Notes under the pieces: generated by a model
What the model was told of the DNA's origin: nothing
The model's input: only the letters and a program-made list of their open reading frames with translations
Database searches by the model: none
In this document: in pieces, positions 22,301 to 36,643 of the stretch
Numbering within the stretch: position 1 is the stretch's first letter
Layout: each line of letters opens with the position of its first letter
Origin: Naegleria gruberi
Lineage: Eukaryota
Length of the DNA stretch: 64,000 bases
Assembly (NCBI GenBank): GCA_000004985.1
Contig: GG738872.1
Direction: 5' to 3' (one strand)
Program-made: the position numbers and the translations under genes

Positions 22301-25300
22301 AATAGCTCCATTCTTGGAACTTTTCAAGGTTTTCAATGGCTGGTTTTTCAGGTTGCTTAGGAGAAGAGTCCATGTCAATTAAATTGACAGTGGACTTTAC
22401 AGTAGTATTTCTTTCCTTCTTAGATGCGTGGACACTATTTTGTTCTCTGTTTGGATCGGATTGAATAGCAACTTCATAAGCCTTTTCAAGATGGAATTTT
22501 TCTAACTTGATTCTCATTCTCTTAGGACCTTCAGTTGAATCCAATCTCCATGCCAATGTATTGTCTTCTTTAGCTCTATGAGACCATGTTCCTCTTTCCA
22601 TGAACAATAATTCGTAAAGATTGTTCCATGTCTCTCCAGCAAATTTTAATCTAATAATTGATTCTTCAACCAAAACTTGGGTTCTTTCTTCTTCCATTTC
22701 AATAATGTGTTTTAATTGGGATTTGGCATTTCCAAGCAAGAAACCATAATTTTCTCCTAATTTTCTTTCACTTCTTGAGGCAGATCTGTTTCTCATTAAA
22801 TCTCCTTCTAACATGTTCAATGCATTATGAGTATGCTTATTTTCACCTTCAATATATCCAGTGAGAGTGGATGCCAAGTTATTATTAAAGAAATTGGAGA
22901 CTTTTTCGTTATTTTCATTAAACCACTTTGTGAAAATAGATACATCAGAATCTAACAAAGATCTGAATCCTTGAACAATACTATTACCCAAGTCATAGGC
23001 AGCTTGAAGAGTTTCATTTGTAATTTTCTCTTTTGGAACCAAGAAAATTGTTGGAAGTAAATTTGTATCGTGATGGGCAGCAACAATCAACTTCCAGATT
23101 TTAACTGCTGTATCCTTAATTGAAACTTCGGAATCATCTGTCATTAGTGTAAACAAAAGGAAGAAAATACAATTAAAATATTCAAAATCAAGATTGTTAG
23201 GATCTAGTGAAGTTATAAAAGCTTGAGTATCCAACATTGAATTGAGAACTTTCTCTGTAAAATCGCTAGATGATACTTGAACAAATGAATATAAAATCAT
23301 TCTGTTAAGGGATCTAAATGGATATGCTGAAGATTCCTTCTTCATACCAACTCCAGTTGTAAAAAGATTTGTTACGGAAAACTTGGATGATACGTCCAAC
23401 TGTTTGGTTGTTGAAATTACTTGGATTATGAAATTCAAAGTATCAATGTAGTGAGTTTTTGGTAAAATAGAAGCATAGTGCATATCAACTACATAAGAAC
23501 AGAAAACTGAAAGGTTTGCTCCAAGTTTGCTATCTTTTGCTTGAACCCAAGCAACCATCTTCTCGCTGGAATAAACCTTGATTAATGACATTAAGAATGA
23601 AGATCTAAATGCCAAGGTTGAAGTTTCACTAGCTTGAGTTGGAGGAGATTTCAATATATCTTCAACAATTTGAACACCTTTGCTTGAGTTGGAGAGTTCA
23701 TAGGTTGTGATAGCTCTCAGAATGGAAAGAACTGATGAAGCAATAGAATTAGTTAAGAAGGCATCTGTATCTACCTTTGGTTTTTTGTTCAACTCTAGAG
23801 AAAATAGCATAATTGATAATGCTTGAAGCGTTTCAGGCTTTCTAAATTGAGTTTTAACATCACTAGATAATCTCCATATTCTCTTGAATACAGATAATAT
23901 TTCTTTAGTAATAGCATTTTCTCTTGGTCTTTCTTCCAATTTAATTGAGTTCAAATCTATTGTAGTAACTGGGCTTGCTTCTTCTTGTTCAATACCTGCT
24001 TTAAAAGATCCAACAGAAGAAACAACGTTTCTCAATAAACTCCATCTACGGTTGGCTTGTGATGATTTTTCTTCTGATCTAAAAGATGCAAAATAAGAAA
24101 CAGCTGAAACCTCACCATATAATGCACTCTCAGAATCAGGAGCATAGTTATGAGAAATGAGTTCGATGAGTATTGGAATAACTTCCTTGCAGAAAATAAT
24201 ATCTGTCATACCCTTTTCATTAAACATTCCTGAAACTTGATCCAAAGAATTCTTCAAATCAGCCTCTGAGACAACGTTCAATGAAGGATAAGCGAAAATT
24301 GTTCTAGTCATCAACAATAATAAGGTGTAATAAACATCTGGTTGATTACAATATGGTATTAAACCTCGTTTTAAACTTGGTAAAATATTATCTGGCTTTA
24401 TCTTTCCTTGTAAAAGAAGAAGACAAAGTAATTGGAGAGATAATATCAATGAAATAGGATGAGATTTCTCTCCAACAAATTGATAGAACCAAACTTCATC
24501 AACATGTTTTGAAAATAATTCAAGGTAATTAACATCTGAACTAGCTAAATCGTATAACATTTTCAATAATAAATTTCTTGCTGCTACATTACTCAATGAA
24601 AGGGTAGTAGCACTTTGACGTCTTAACTTCTTGGAACTTGATGAGGAAACATCAGACAGAGAAGGTGTTTGAGTAAGTGAGAAGGAAGAGTTGTTTGACT
24701 TGGTGTTAACCATAACCCAACTTCCTGCCTTTTGTATCTTTCTATTTCCTGATATGAGAGCAGAATCATCAAGAGAACTCAGCAAAAAGTTACAAATAGA
24801 TATCATATCATTATCTGACATTCTATGCTTGAATAAGTGAGCTAATATACCAGAAATAACTTCAATAATTTGAATGGATGGAGATTCACTCAAAATATGC
24901 AACAATTTGGTAACAATGCCTGTTGTCTTGAGTCTAATAACATTCCAATGAGTATAATAACTTTGCGAAACAAGATTGTCAATTTTTTGGAATAATTCAA
25001 GTTGAATAGCTGTATCTGTCTTTCTCCAAATATCATAATCAATGATCAAGCAAATAAATGCTTTCAGATTGGTTACAATTTCCTTTTGTTCACCACTACC
25101 CATAAGTACAAAATCGAATAAAAGTTGAAGAATCTTGCTATCCAACAAAGATGTCTTTTTTCTAATGAAACTTGCAATAATGTCGTATCCCAAAATTCTT
25201 TCTACTTCATCAATTTGTAATGGAGAGTCCATCATCAAATTGTACAAGAGCATTAATGAATCATAAAGAGCTTGAGTAGTTTCAGCTCTATCAATGAGGG

Positions 25301-28300
25301 CAAGAACAACTACAATACCATCAGAGTTAAGAATATTGTCAGAGAGTGATGTTGGGCAACAAACAAAACTCTTGTCTAATTGTGGTAAGAGTACTTTTGG
25401 TGACTTTCTATCGCCGTGTAAACTTTCTAAAACCAGTGAATTGTTTCTGTTATCTTGGTCCAATGACTTTAGGGAATGGTTATGAGCGTTGAATGCGAAT
25501 ACCAATCTCTCAGGAGATAATTTAGAGGCAGAAATTGATACAATGCTTTCTTTTGCTTCGGTTTCAGTTGAAATCTCTCTAGATGTTGCAACTCTTTGCA
25601 ATAATTTAATATAGTTTGGATAGAGATGATATGTAAGAAGATCCATGTGTGGAGTATAGGATCCTTGGAAATAACCTGTGTAAGTATTGTTAGCAACGAA
25701 AATAGATGCAACCGTCTCTGGATAAAGAACATCTTCATAAAGGAAAGAAGGTCCCATTCTCCAAACATCAATACTATCAGCACTATTTTTACCCAAAATA
25801 CCAGTAACTTTGGATCCTGCAGCATACGGATTAACAAAACCAACTTTTTGTGATTCTTCCAATTTACCATCAACATAAATCGACATTACACTGCTCGATA
25901 ATCTGTTTCTTTGATGGGTTACAACCAAGTGATGCCACTTGTCAGATTCAAATTGAACCTTAGAGAATAAAATTCTCTTTGATTTTGGTCCATTTTGGAA
26001 TTCAAGAAAACCATCTGGTCTGACGTGGAATTGAAGGAATGATTTGCCATCATCTGATTGAATGTTAAGAAGAATAAAAACATTGAGATCACCAAAGGTT
26101 GTTGCTGATAATCTCTTGCTTGCGTTGGATTGTGTTCTTTGATGAGAGTGAGTTCTTCTTTTCTTTTGGGCTGTAGCAGAGACATCTGTTGTATTGTAGA
26201 ACCAACATGAGAAAGTATATCCAGCTGTCATTGAACTATTCCAAGTTCTGTCTGTTAGATTAATAATTGGGCATTCAGATCCCGGCCTATATTCTACAAA
26301 TGGAGTGCTAATACCTTTCTTGGCAGCATTCATCAATAATTTCATCATACATTGTGGGTGATCCTTGTCTGCAAAGATTGATAATAATCTTCTCCACTCC
26401 AATTGTGATAATCTGTAACATGCAACTTTTTCGCAAATGTTTAGTAATGTAGCACTAAACTTGTGATTAGTGTCAACCATTTGTCCATATAAATTATCCA
26501 AAATAAAATCAACAACCTTGATATTGGATAAACCCTCTAGGTTCAATGGACCAACTTTTAACATTAACTCGGTAACTTTCAAAATGGACAATTGTAAATC
26601 CTCACTAGCATGATTGATGAGTTTTAAACAAAACAAAAGACCAAATGGATTATGAAGAATTGGGCATTTTGAAACTGTGAGACCGCCAATATTCAGATAG
26701 AGGTCGTTATCTCGTGATCTAAGGGGAATAGGTGTAACTGGGCTAACAGCCAGAGAAGAAATATTGCCAGAGGAAATGCTATTATAGCTTAAATTACCAG
26801 AAGAGTTATTTTGATCAAACTCTTCAATACATTTCTCAGTTGCAAAATCAATCAAACATTGGAAAACTTCTTTCTTGTACTCAGTGTTCATTATGCCATT
26901 TACATTTAAAGCGTCAATTATGGCATTATCACCAATCTTAGGTAAGAATGATAACTTATTCCTTGGATGATTCTGAAGAGATGTAGCCAAAGCAGTAAAC
27001 ATGGATTGCATTAATCTGATTACGTCCATTTGTTCGTAAAGCTCCTCAGTGTCAGTATTATCATTCTCAGAGTTTGAATCCTCTAAAAGCTTATTCAATT
27101 GCTTTGAAAGAACTGAACCTGTTGGGCATGGAGTATTAATCAAGATAGAAACACTAGCAACAAAACCGGCGTCTCTAAATGACTCTTTTGCTCTATCATT
27201 ACTCTTAAACATTTTAGTAAGAGCATTGAAAATAGCAATCTTGAGTCCAATATTAGATCTCTTTGATGTTTGTAAAATTTCAATCAATACATTGACATCG
27301 ATACTTTGTTGGACTGTATCTTGAACAATAATAGTGTGGAACACTTTCAAAGCATACCCTCTAAACATGTCATTAAGTAACATTGTTTGAAGGACTGACA
27401 CACCTCCAACTTCTCTGAATGTACGTACATTATCGTTTGTCTTTTGAAGCATGGAAATTAAAACTTGAATAGTTAAATCTAAGAGTTTCAAAATAACCAT
27501 ATTCTTTTCATCATTGTTTTTGAATTGCCCCAACTTGATAATGCTTTCGAATTCATCACAAAGCATACCAACAATTTTTTCAAACAAGTAGGCTTCCTTG
27601 AACCTAATACTAAATCTGGAATCAAAGTTTAACAGTTTGTTAATAAGAGAGAGAACGTTCAAAACTAATTTAGGAGCTGCTTCTCTACTGGTTAATAACT
27701 CTCCAAGCATCTTCAACTCTTCGATTGGTGAAAAATTCAAACCTGCAAATATGAATTCAACTAGTTTTAAAACTGATTGTTGCATTTTCTCTGAGAGGTC
27801 AGGTAAATTTCTTATCAAAATAGCCATATTATGTAAGTGATGTACTGATGGATAATTTAGAGAATTATCTGCAAAGACTACAAGAAGTATTTCTATAATT
27901 TCTTGTTTTAAAATATCCTTGTTTGTTTTCAAGAATATATTAATTAATGATTGATAAATTGCAATATTCTTAATTCTTCTTTCCAAACTAGTATTTGCTG
28001 AGGAGAAGTTCATTTGTTGAATATAATCTTGTGGAGGCTCTGTTGGTTTTTCTCCAACACAAAGAAGATCGCTAAAGTTTTTAAGTGCTACTTTCATAAC
28101 TTCCATATCAGTTTCAAATTGAGTTTCACATTCTATGAGGGCCTCTTGAAGTATTTGATGGCCATTTGAATCATTAAAATCTCTGTACAGGTAAGGACTT
28201 GTTGAAATAGTTTGTTTTAAAATTGAAACAATAGTTTCTATTACTGATGAAACCATTTTGTAATCTGTTGATTTGATATTCTTGAAAGAATCTAATAATA

Positions 28301-29359
28301 AATAAATAATTTTCTTTTTGTGTAAACTGTCAACCAATACAAGATCAGTCTTGATTAGAAGAGCTGAAAGTATATCAAGAGCTAACTTTTGAGAGAAACT
28401 AAACCCTTCTTCACATTGGAAGTTAGTGAGAATTCTTACCAAAGTGAGAACATCCTCGCTCTTTTTTACAGTTTCAGTCAACTCTCTATTGTTTAAACAG
28501 ATGTGTATGAAAGATACTAATTGTTGACAAACAACTTCAATAGATTCTCTTGTTGTCAATTCATGTTTTTTTTGTAAAGGTTGATCATCAACTGTGATAA
28601 GTAGAGAACTGGTTTTATCTGAAGGATCAAAATCTTGTACGTATTGTTGACAGTAAAGTTCAATATCCTTTGATGTCATCTTTGAAACTATATCTAATAT
28701 ATTTATAATCAATGTGATAATTTTAAAATCCATAATAAATGGAGCTGAAACTTCCTCGAAATTAGAAACCAACATGTTCAAAGTATTTACAATATCAGAG
28801 CAATGTTTTTCCTTTGAAATTAAATAATGTATAATAGATAATTTAACACTGTTGAGATTATTTGGTAGTGATGATGAGCTTGGATCGAAACTAGTATCAA
28901 TTTGAGTGGTGTTGAAAGGTGAAGGTGGAGGGACATTACTAGTTTCTTTCAAAGCGTTTTCCATATCCTTTTTCATTCTATGTGTCACTGTTGATGTAAA
29001 AGTTTGTGTGTTTTTGAATCTATCATTAAAAATTTAGAACATTGAATATTTGTAAATTTCACTTACATTTGATGAAAATGTTGTTGAAACATTGTTTGAC
29101 TATAAAATACTTCTTGAAATAGGGTTATAATATTATAAAGTGAAGTATCCGTCTCGGAATATAGATTAGACTCGTTTAAAAACACCTCCCATTTTGTCTT
29201 CAAATCAATAAATGTTTGAAAGATCTCTTCACTATTAAAATCCTCTCTAGATATTGGTTTAGCTTCTACTCTTGGTGTATTGTTAGATGTACTTTCCGTG
29301 CCTTTCATTCCAAATACACTTCCAATATACCCAAGCACTGATTTTCGTTTGTTGGTCAT
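19359..29359 (-). CDS. BEACH-domain protein of the LvsA/neurobeachin/LRBA family (~3300 aa; ConA-like, PH-like, BEACH and C-terminal WD40). Two exons, 29067..29359 and 19359..29019.
   Basis: It has the BEACH signature ([29 protein letters not shown]...WVDLIFGFKQKGPEA) and WD40 repeats at the C-terminus. The upstream ORF 29063..29359 (ATG at 29357-29359) splices through a 47-nt intron (minus-strand GTAAGT...TGATAG, plus 29020..29066; phase 2). This lands in the frame of the 9.6-kb ORF, whose track start at 28988 is a GTG and therefore internal. Confidence 0.85.
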
Positions 29360-29909
29360 TTTCTTTTAAAGATGATCCAAATAGATAAATAGATGATGAT
29401 GTAAGTGATGTAAATAATTGGTAGTTTAGAAGTCTTTAAAAGCCTTCAATATTGATTGTTGGGAAGAGAGAAATATTCGCTAGCCTAAAAATTGGAGGTG
29501 AGATGTTGTTGGGAGGGAGAATTTTTTTGTGATTTATTTTACTTGGCGCTTTTTAGATGGTGGTCACTTGATGAATGTCTGAGACAGCACTCTGCTGAGT
29601 TTGTTCTTTTATCTGGAATTGGAAGGCTTCGATCATCCATTGACTGAAGACTTTCCGACAGTATTTTTAATTAGTAGTGATTGGTGCTATTTGAAATTTA
29701 AATAAATTTAAAATTTTGAAATCTTGTAATTTGTGTTGATTCAGAAGAAAGATTACCAACATTTAAACAAACTCAATAAAAAAGAAAGATCAGTGAACAA
29801 AAAAAGAAGAATCTTGAAAAACTGAAAGCAAAAATTATTTCAAGATTCTGCATGACAAATCCAAATTTGTTTTTATTAAACATTTCATAAATTATAAACT
29901 TGTGAGGAT

Positions 29910-32900
29910 TTAAAAGTACAATCTTGTTAATAACTTTGGTCTTACTTTTGCTTTACAAGTAGGGCATTCCAACTTGTATGATAACCATTGCTGCCAACAA
30001 CTGTAACAATTAACATGTCCACATTTGGCTGCTGTTGGTTCTTTACAATTTTCCTTACAGATACTGCACAGAGTAGCAGAAACAACTGGTGGTGTTTCTT
30101 CTATTATTTGAGGTGGAGGTGCTGATTTTTCTTGTTGTTGAACTACTGGTGTAGGAATGCTGGTTGATTGACCAATAAGGCTCGTCTCTAAGGTGAGAGG
30201 AATATCAGAGAAGGTTTGATTAACAACAGTAACTGGTTCTGGATCATCAAGAAGAATTGGTCTGGAAATTGAATTAGAAGATGCTACTGTCTTTGTCTTT
30301 TTTACCACAGCACCTGTAACGAGATCGAATTGTACCTGCTCTTGTTTCCTCTTTTTAGAGTTGGATTCCAATAACTCTTCCTCTTGTAGGATAATTTGTT
30401 TCTTTACAATTTCATCAAACAGGTCTGTCATTTTTGGTGCAATAAAATTCTTGAATTTTTGAATGGCATCCAAATTATTCACTCCAAACAGTTTAACAAG
30501 TTTCACAACCAATATACTGAATGAATTAGTACTTGTTGAATCTTTAGAGGTATTTTGCTTTTTAAATTCAATTAACAGCTTTTTAAATTCTTGATATTTT
30601 TCGGAAGGTAACATTTTCTTCACCAATTCAAGATATTCAGCAGATTGTTTCCTACTTGCAGATGGTGGAGGAGTTTCTGTTTCAACTCTAGCTGGAGGAG
30701 TATTCACCAAATTCTTATTTTCAATCGATTGAGGATTAATATAGGTATTCAGCACAACATTTCGTTTTGGTGTTGAATTATCATTGATAGCACTGCTACC
30801 AAAGTTACTAGATGAGGAAGCAGTTGAAGATGAATTTGAACCCTTATCATAAACTACTTGTTTTGAAATATATCTTCTTGGTTCACTCGATTCAACAGGT
30901 TTTTTGTAATGTTGTAGTGAGGTAGAATTTGGTGGCTGTGCTTGTACATCAACTTCTTTCATCTTAGTGTCATTCTCGCTTACCATTTCATTTCTATATT
31001 CCTCAATATCCTCATGATAAATATTTCTATATTGCATTGGGGCTTGAGAAATATAGAGCTGATTTAGATCCAGATTAAATCTAGGTATTTTCTTAATTGG
31101 TGGAGGAGGTGGAGGTTTGACTTTTTCACTTTCAATACCAAATTTTTGGAATGCATTCTTATAAAATAAAGAGAGAGCATTATTAACTTCTGAGAATTGC
31201 CCAGCTACTTTAAGATGAGGTTGTAACCATCTGGAAAGCTGCTGTCTTTGATTTTGGGTTGCATATCTTTCATCACATAGAACAACAGCTCCATAATCAT
31301 ATCTGTGTCTGATAATTCTACCAATGGCTTGGTTGACAGCTCTAGAAGACTCTTGAGTATACCACTGACTACCAGTTATTGGTTTAGCGTTTGGATTTTC
31401 TGTTGTAATCCTTTTAGCTGTTTCATCAAGATAATCTCTCTTTAATTTTACTTTCAAATCAAAAAGTGGAGGAAATGGTAATCCAACAATCATACAACAA
31501 CGACCATTTCTATTGATAAAATCTAAACCTTCACTCACTCTACCTCTACAAACAGCAAAGAAACATGCACCTGTTGTGTTTCCTTTCCTATTTTTAATAC
31601 TATCCTCATATTCTCGAATAACTTGATTTAGTTTGGAAGACTCTTTCGGTTCAGTAATTATCGTCTTATTTTGAGTTACACTGTCCCATGTTGATTTAGC
31701 TCCTCCATTAGATTTCTTCCAAATTTCAATACATTGATCCATCAGCGTATATGAGGGGAAGAAAACCAATAAACCATCAGGTACTACTTTTGAAAGATTT
31801 AAAAGTGTTGTTCCTACTTCTCTAAGATATGGTTCAGAAGCTCTATTTGTAAAACTTGAATTGAGTTTGGTTCCACCAGGGCCACACTGAGCAGCCATTA
31901 CACAAATTTGTTCTCTATTTACAACGTGTGGATTTTCCAATCTGATAGGAAAACTCAAACCAAGTTCATAAGCAAAGGATTCCATTGGCGAGAGAGTACC
32001 AGATGTTAATATGAAAGAAAGTGGACCTTCCTTTGCTAAATTTTGCATTGAAAGACCAGGATTGAAACACCAAAAGGAAAGAGTTTTTGATTTTCTAAAA
32101 TCTTTCTTCTTATCTCTAGTAGCCAAAGCATCAGTATAGAATTGCAAATGTTCTGAAGATAGATTGGTATTCATAACTCCTGGTTGTTTCTTTGAGTAGT
32201 AAATATACACTTTGTAAAAGTTTTTAAATACTTCTTCACAATTTGCCTCATTGAATACTCTTTCAACAGCTTCTTTAACACGTTCCAGTCCAGAGCATGA
32301 TTGTTTCTTATTTTGTAAAAATGTGATGATACTTCTAATTTTTTCATTAAATGTTTCCCAAGTCGATGGATGAATGGAGGCATATGAGAAAACTTCATAA
32401 ATAGAATCACCAGTTGATGTACTTCCTTCTTCTGGTATTTCCATTTCATCTATATGTATATCCAAATCTAAAAGAGCAGATGAAACGTCAAAACAATCAG
32501 ATCTCAATTCTGTTGATTTCTGAATATCGGATGGATCTATTGTAAGTTTATCCATTTCAGCTCTACATTTTTCAATTTCTGCAATGGCCTTGCTTATATT
32601 AATTGTAGAAAAATCGAATGAACTTGCTTCAGCACATAGTTTTTGTACATTGTGAGCTTCGTCAAAAATTATAATGGAATTTGAAATATCAACATTGACT
32701 TTCTTTCTCAATAATGGATCAATTAAATAATTGTATGGCATGAATATAATTTCAGCAACTTTTTGTTTTTCTCTAGAATAAAAGAAAGGGCAAAAACATC
32801 TTTTCAATCCCTTTTCCAATAAATCCTCAATATCCTCAATTTCATCTTCCTTTTCATGTGTGAATAATTCTCCAGATTTTTTCAAGCTTGTGAAATTTGT

Positions 32901-33636
32901 ATAATATTTACAACCTCCAGATCTTACAAGTGATGTACATTTTGAAATTTGTTGAAATCCTTTTAAAGATATAACATCTGGATTGATACATGATTGTTCT
33001 CTAGATCCCATAACAACAATTTCTGGAGTATATGCTGATTTTTTAAGTTCCTTGATAGCGTGAGTCAATTGAGAGTGAGTTCTAGATGTAAAAATAATTT
33101 TTGGAATTGGTCCAACATGTTGTCCATTCATTTCTGTAAAATGTCACAAATAATTCCAATAAATTTTAATTGCAATTAAAACATACTCTTTTTATAATCC
33201 AATAACCATGCGTATGAAGAACATAATAAACACACTATCAATAAATTATTATTATAACAATATTAAATTATCATTTAACATACTTGTTTTACCAGTACCA
33301 GTTGGTGATTCTAATAAAGCATTTCTAGACTAATGCAGAAATGGAATCAATAAATTATTAATTTTAAAAAACTTACACAAATAACTGTCGGATTATCTTT
33401 TCTTTCTTGCATTGATTCCTGTAGACATTGAATAACTTTTTCCATATACATTTCCTGACAAGGATAGGCTTGATACGGAAAATGTACAGGAACTCCTATT
33501 ATTTTGATATTATCAATTGATGCAATAATAATATTATAGTATGGTCCGATCATCATCACAATTATCAATATTTATGAATTTAAAAATCATCATGATGGGG
33601 TGAATAAAACTCACCTCTAATATTGTATTCTGGCAT
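29910..33636 (-). CDS. RTEL1: RTEL1-like Fe-S DNA helicase (XPD/Rad3 family; DEAD_2 + Helicase_C_2) with C-terminal C4C4 RING. Five exons, ~33615..33636, 33377..33495, 33284..33329, 33187..33234 and 29910..33133.
   Basis: The main ORF 29910..33131 starts inside helicase domain 1 (IPKIIFTSRTHSQL). Four upstream micro-exons encode MPEYNIR|G|VPVHFPYQAYPCQEMYMEKVIQCLQ...|[32 protein letters not shown]|MNGQ. This matches the RTEL1 N-terminus [21 protein letters not shown]...[21 protein letters not shown]. Introns (plus coordinates) are 33496..33614 (119 nt), 33330..33376 (47 nt), 33235..33283 (49 nt) and 33134..33186 (53 nt), all GT-AG with consistent phases. The C-terminal CSICKENCKEPTAAKCGHVNCYSCW...CPTCK is a RING. 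Confidence 0.8.
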
Positions 33637-34032
33637 TTTTTTCCAAAGAGAATTGGAATTTTTTATCAGATGTAGAAGAGAAAACTTGTGCTAAGAGTTC
33701 TTTTATTTGTTGGAAGAAAGCAACAACTTGGTTGAAAGAGGAGTATTGAAGTTACGATCAGAAGAATTGTGCTATCAAGTGTGGTTATTACTTTTTTTAG
33801 ATTAGTTAACGGTAAATTGTTGCATCATCTTTTGTAACGAATAGTCACGTTGGCAATTAGTAATAATAGACTCTCAGTGGGTGATGATGCTGAACATTGA
33901 TATCACCAAGCCTTTGATATTTAAAAAACCAACAAGAAAAAATTATCTACACACTATCAACCAGACTGTTGTAGTTTAGTAGATTCTCAACCTCATCACC
34001 CGACAAAAACTAGGATAATAATAATCAACAAA
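33637..34032. promoter_or_regulatory. Divergent (bidirectional) promoter region between RTEL1 (minus) and NSF (plus).
   Basis: A 396-bp spacer between two head-to-head start codons (33636 and 34033). I could not score any specific motif. Confidence 0.35.
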
Positions 34033-36494
34033 ATGATTGGCGAACCAGCTGGCGTTAAAAGACTTAAAGTAACCAATACTCCTGGTAAGAATTTGGTTGC
34101 TACTAATTATGCCTATGTCAATGAAAAGGAATTTCCTGAATTTCCAATTTATATTAGAGTGAAGGATATTGTTCTTATTGCTCAATCACATCCTAGTATT
34201 GAATTTGGATCTATTGCTTTGAACAAAATTCAAAGACAAAGTGCTCACTTACCAAACAATGCCGATGCTGAATGTGAGGTTTTCCATGTACCAAAACATA
34301 ACTTTGAACTTTCCTTTGTACTTTTCGGTAAGTATATGTGATTTATTATTTGATATATTAATTGATTTATTGAAAATTTTAAACCGATCATTTTGATGAT
34401 GAATTATTTGATCATCACAATTTTAAATTATCTTTTAATAATTAATATTTATTACTCTAATGACGATAATTTTATACAATAGAAATTGATTTTATTAGTC
34501 CAAATACTGTTACAGATAATGAAGTTGACGGAAAGAGATTAATTCAATCGTTCAAGGAAAATTATAATAGACACATCTTTATTGATAGACAAAAGTTTGT
34601 CATTGATTTTGAAGGAAATATGATTCTTGTTACATTGAAGGAAATGGAAGTTTTTGATACTAAAACATTGCAAACAAATTCAGGAGAACTTAAAGAAGTT
34701 GCTACTATGGGTATTTTAACAAAGAATACCAGTATTCGTGTTGTTAAACCAAAGACATCAACTGTAAAACTTACAAATTTACCATCTGAATCAGCTGGTA
34801 CAACTGATATTTTCAATACTCAAGTTACATTTGAAAAATTAGGTATTGGTGGTTTGGATAAGCAATTGAATAATGTTTTCAGAAGAGCTTTTGCTTCTCG
34901 TATTTATCCAGCTGAAGTTATTGCAAAACTTGGTGTTAAACACGTTAAGGGTATTATTCTTTTTGGACCTCCTGGTACAGGTAAAACACTTGTTGCCAGA
35001 CAAATTGGTAAAATTTTGAATTGTAAGGAACCAAAAGTTATTAACGGTCCAGAAGTTTTGAATAAGTACGTTGGTCAATCAGAAGAAAATATTAGAAAGT
35101 TATTTGCTGATGCTGAAGCTGAATTCCAAGAAAAGGGAGATGACAGTCAACTTCACTTGATTATTTTCGACGAATTGGATGCTATTTGTAAACAACGTGG
35201 TACTGTTAGAGATGGTACCGGTGTTCAAGATTCTATTGTTAACCAATTGTTGAGTAAGATTGATGGTGTCAACTCACTTAACAATATTTTGATTATTGGT
35301 ATGACCAACAGATTGGACATGATTGATGAAGCTCTTTTACGTCCAGGTAGATTTGAAGTTCAAATGGAAATTGGTTTACCAGATGAGAATGGTCGTTTAC
35401 AAATCTTGAAGATTCACACTCGTGAAATGTCAAAGAATCAATATTTGGCTGATGATATTAACTTTGAATATTTGGCTAAAACTACAAAGAACTTTTCAGG
35501 CGCTGAAATTGAAGGTTTAGTTAAATCAGCTGCTTCATTTGCTTTGAATAGACAAATTGATTTACAAAATAAGAAGAAATTCGATGAAAAGAATATTAAG
35601 GTTACAGGAGCTGACTTTGAAATGGCTCTTACTGAAGTTAAACCAGCATTTGGTGTTTCTACTGATGAATTGGAAGCTTACTTGAATCAAGGATTGATTA
35701 ATTATGGTGAGCCATTCCAAAAGTTGATGAATACTTGCAAATCTTTTATCAGACAAGTTGAAACAAGTAGTAGAACTAATTTGTTGAGTATTTTACTTAG
35801 TGGTACTACTGGTACAGGTAAAACTACAATTGCTTCTCACTTGGCTGTTGAAAGTGGTTTCCCTTATGTTAAAATTATTTCTGCAGATAAGATGGTTGGT
35901 TATTCTGAACAAACAATTTGTACACAAATTAACAAGATTTTCCACGATGCTTACAAATCACCATTGAGTATCATTGTGGTTGACAGTATTGAACGTTTGA
36001 TTCAATTGGTTCATATTGGTCCAAGATTCTCCAATTTAATTCTTCAAGCTTTACTTGTTTTGATTAAGAAACCACCACCAGCAGGTAGAAAGTTACTCGT
36101 TGTTGGTACAACAAGTATGGCTGATATTCTTGATAGTTTGGAAATTACCAGAATGTTTAACGTTACAGTTGATGTACCAAGTCTTTCATCAAGACAAGAC
36201 ATTTCAAATATTTGTCTCTCTTCTGGATGTTTCAATTTGGATTCTGATCAAGATAGAGAAACTATGAAGAATATTATGGGATTGATTCCAAATCAAATTC
36301 CAGTTAAAAAGCTACTCTTAGTAACTGAAATGGCTCACACAAGAACTGATATGGATGAAGCTGATGCTGATGAATCACAAAGAAGAGTTACAGTTGAAAA
36401 GTTTGCTCAATCTTTGAGAGATTGTGGTGTGTACGATAGAAAATTACCAATTCCTTTGACAATGCAAGAAGAAGACTCTGAAGATGAAGAGTAA
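34033..36494 (+). CDS. NSF: N-ethylmaleimide-sensitive factor (NSF; vesicle-fusing AAA+ ATPase with N, D1 and D2 domains). Two exons, 34033..34327 and 34483..36494.
   Basis: The D1 Walker A motif is GPPGTGKTLVARQIG with near-identical surrounding sequence, and the D2 Walker A is GTTGTGKT. A 155-nt intron (gtaagt...caatag, 34328..34482; phase 1) links the N-domain exon to the rest. The junction ...SFVLF|GEIDFISPNTVTD aligns to human ...[20 protein letters not shown]. Confidence 0.9.
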
Positions 36495-36643
36495 ATTAAA
36501 TAATTTTGTAATTTTATTTAACAATTGTTTGAATAATACTTGTTTGGCCTGTTCAATGTAAGATCTATAATATGAAAAGATGATCAACAGTCATTCATTT
36601 CTTTCTAATTGATAACTTTCTATTTTTCAAAGTTAACAATTTA

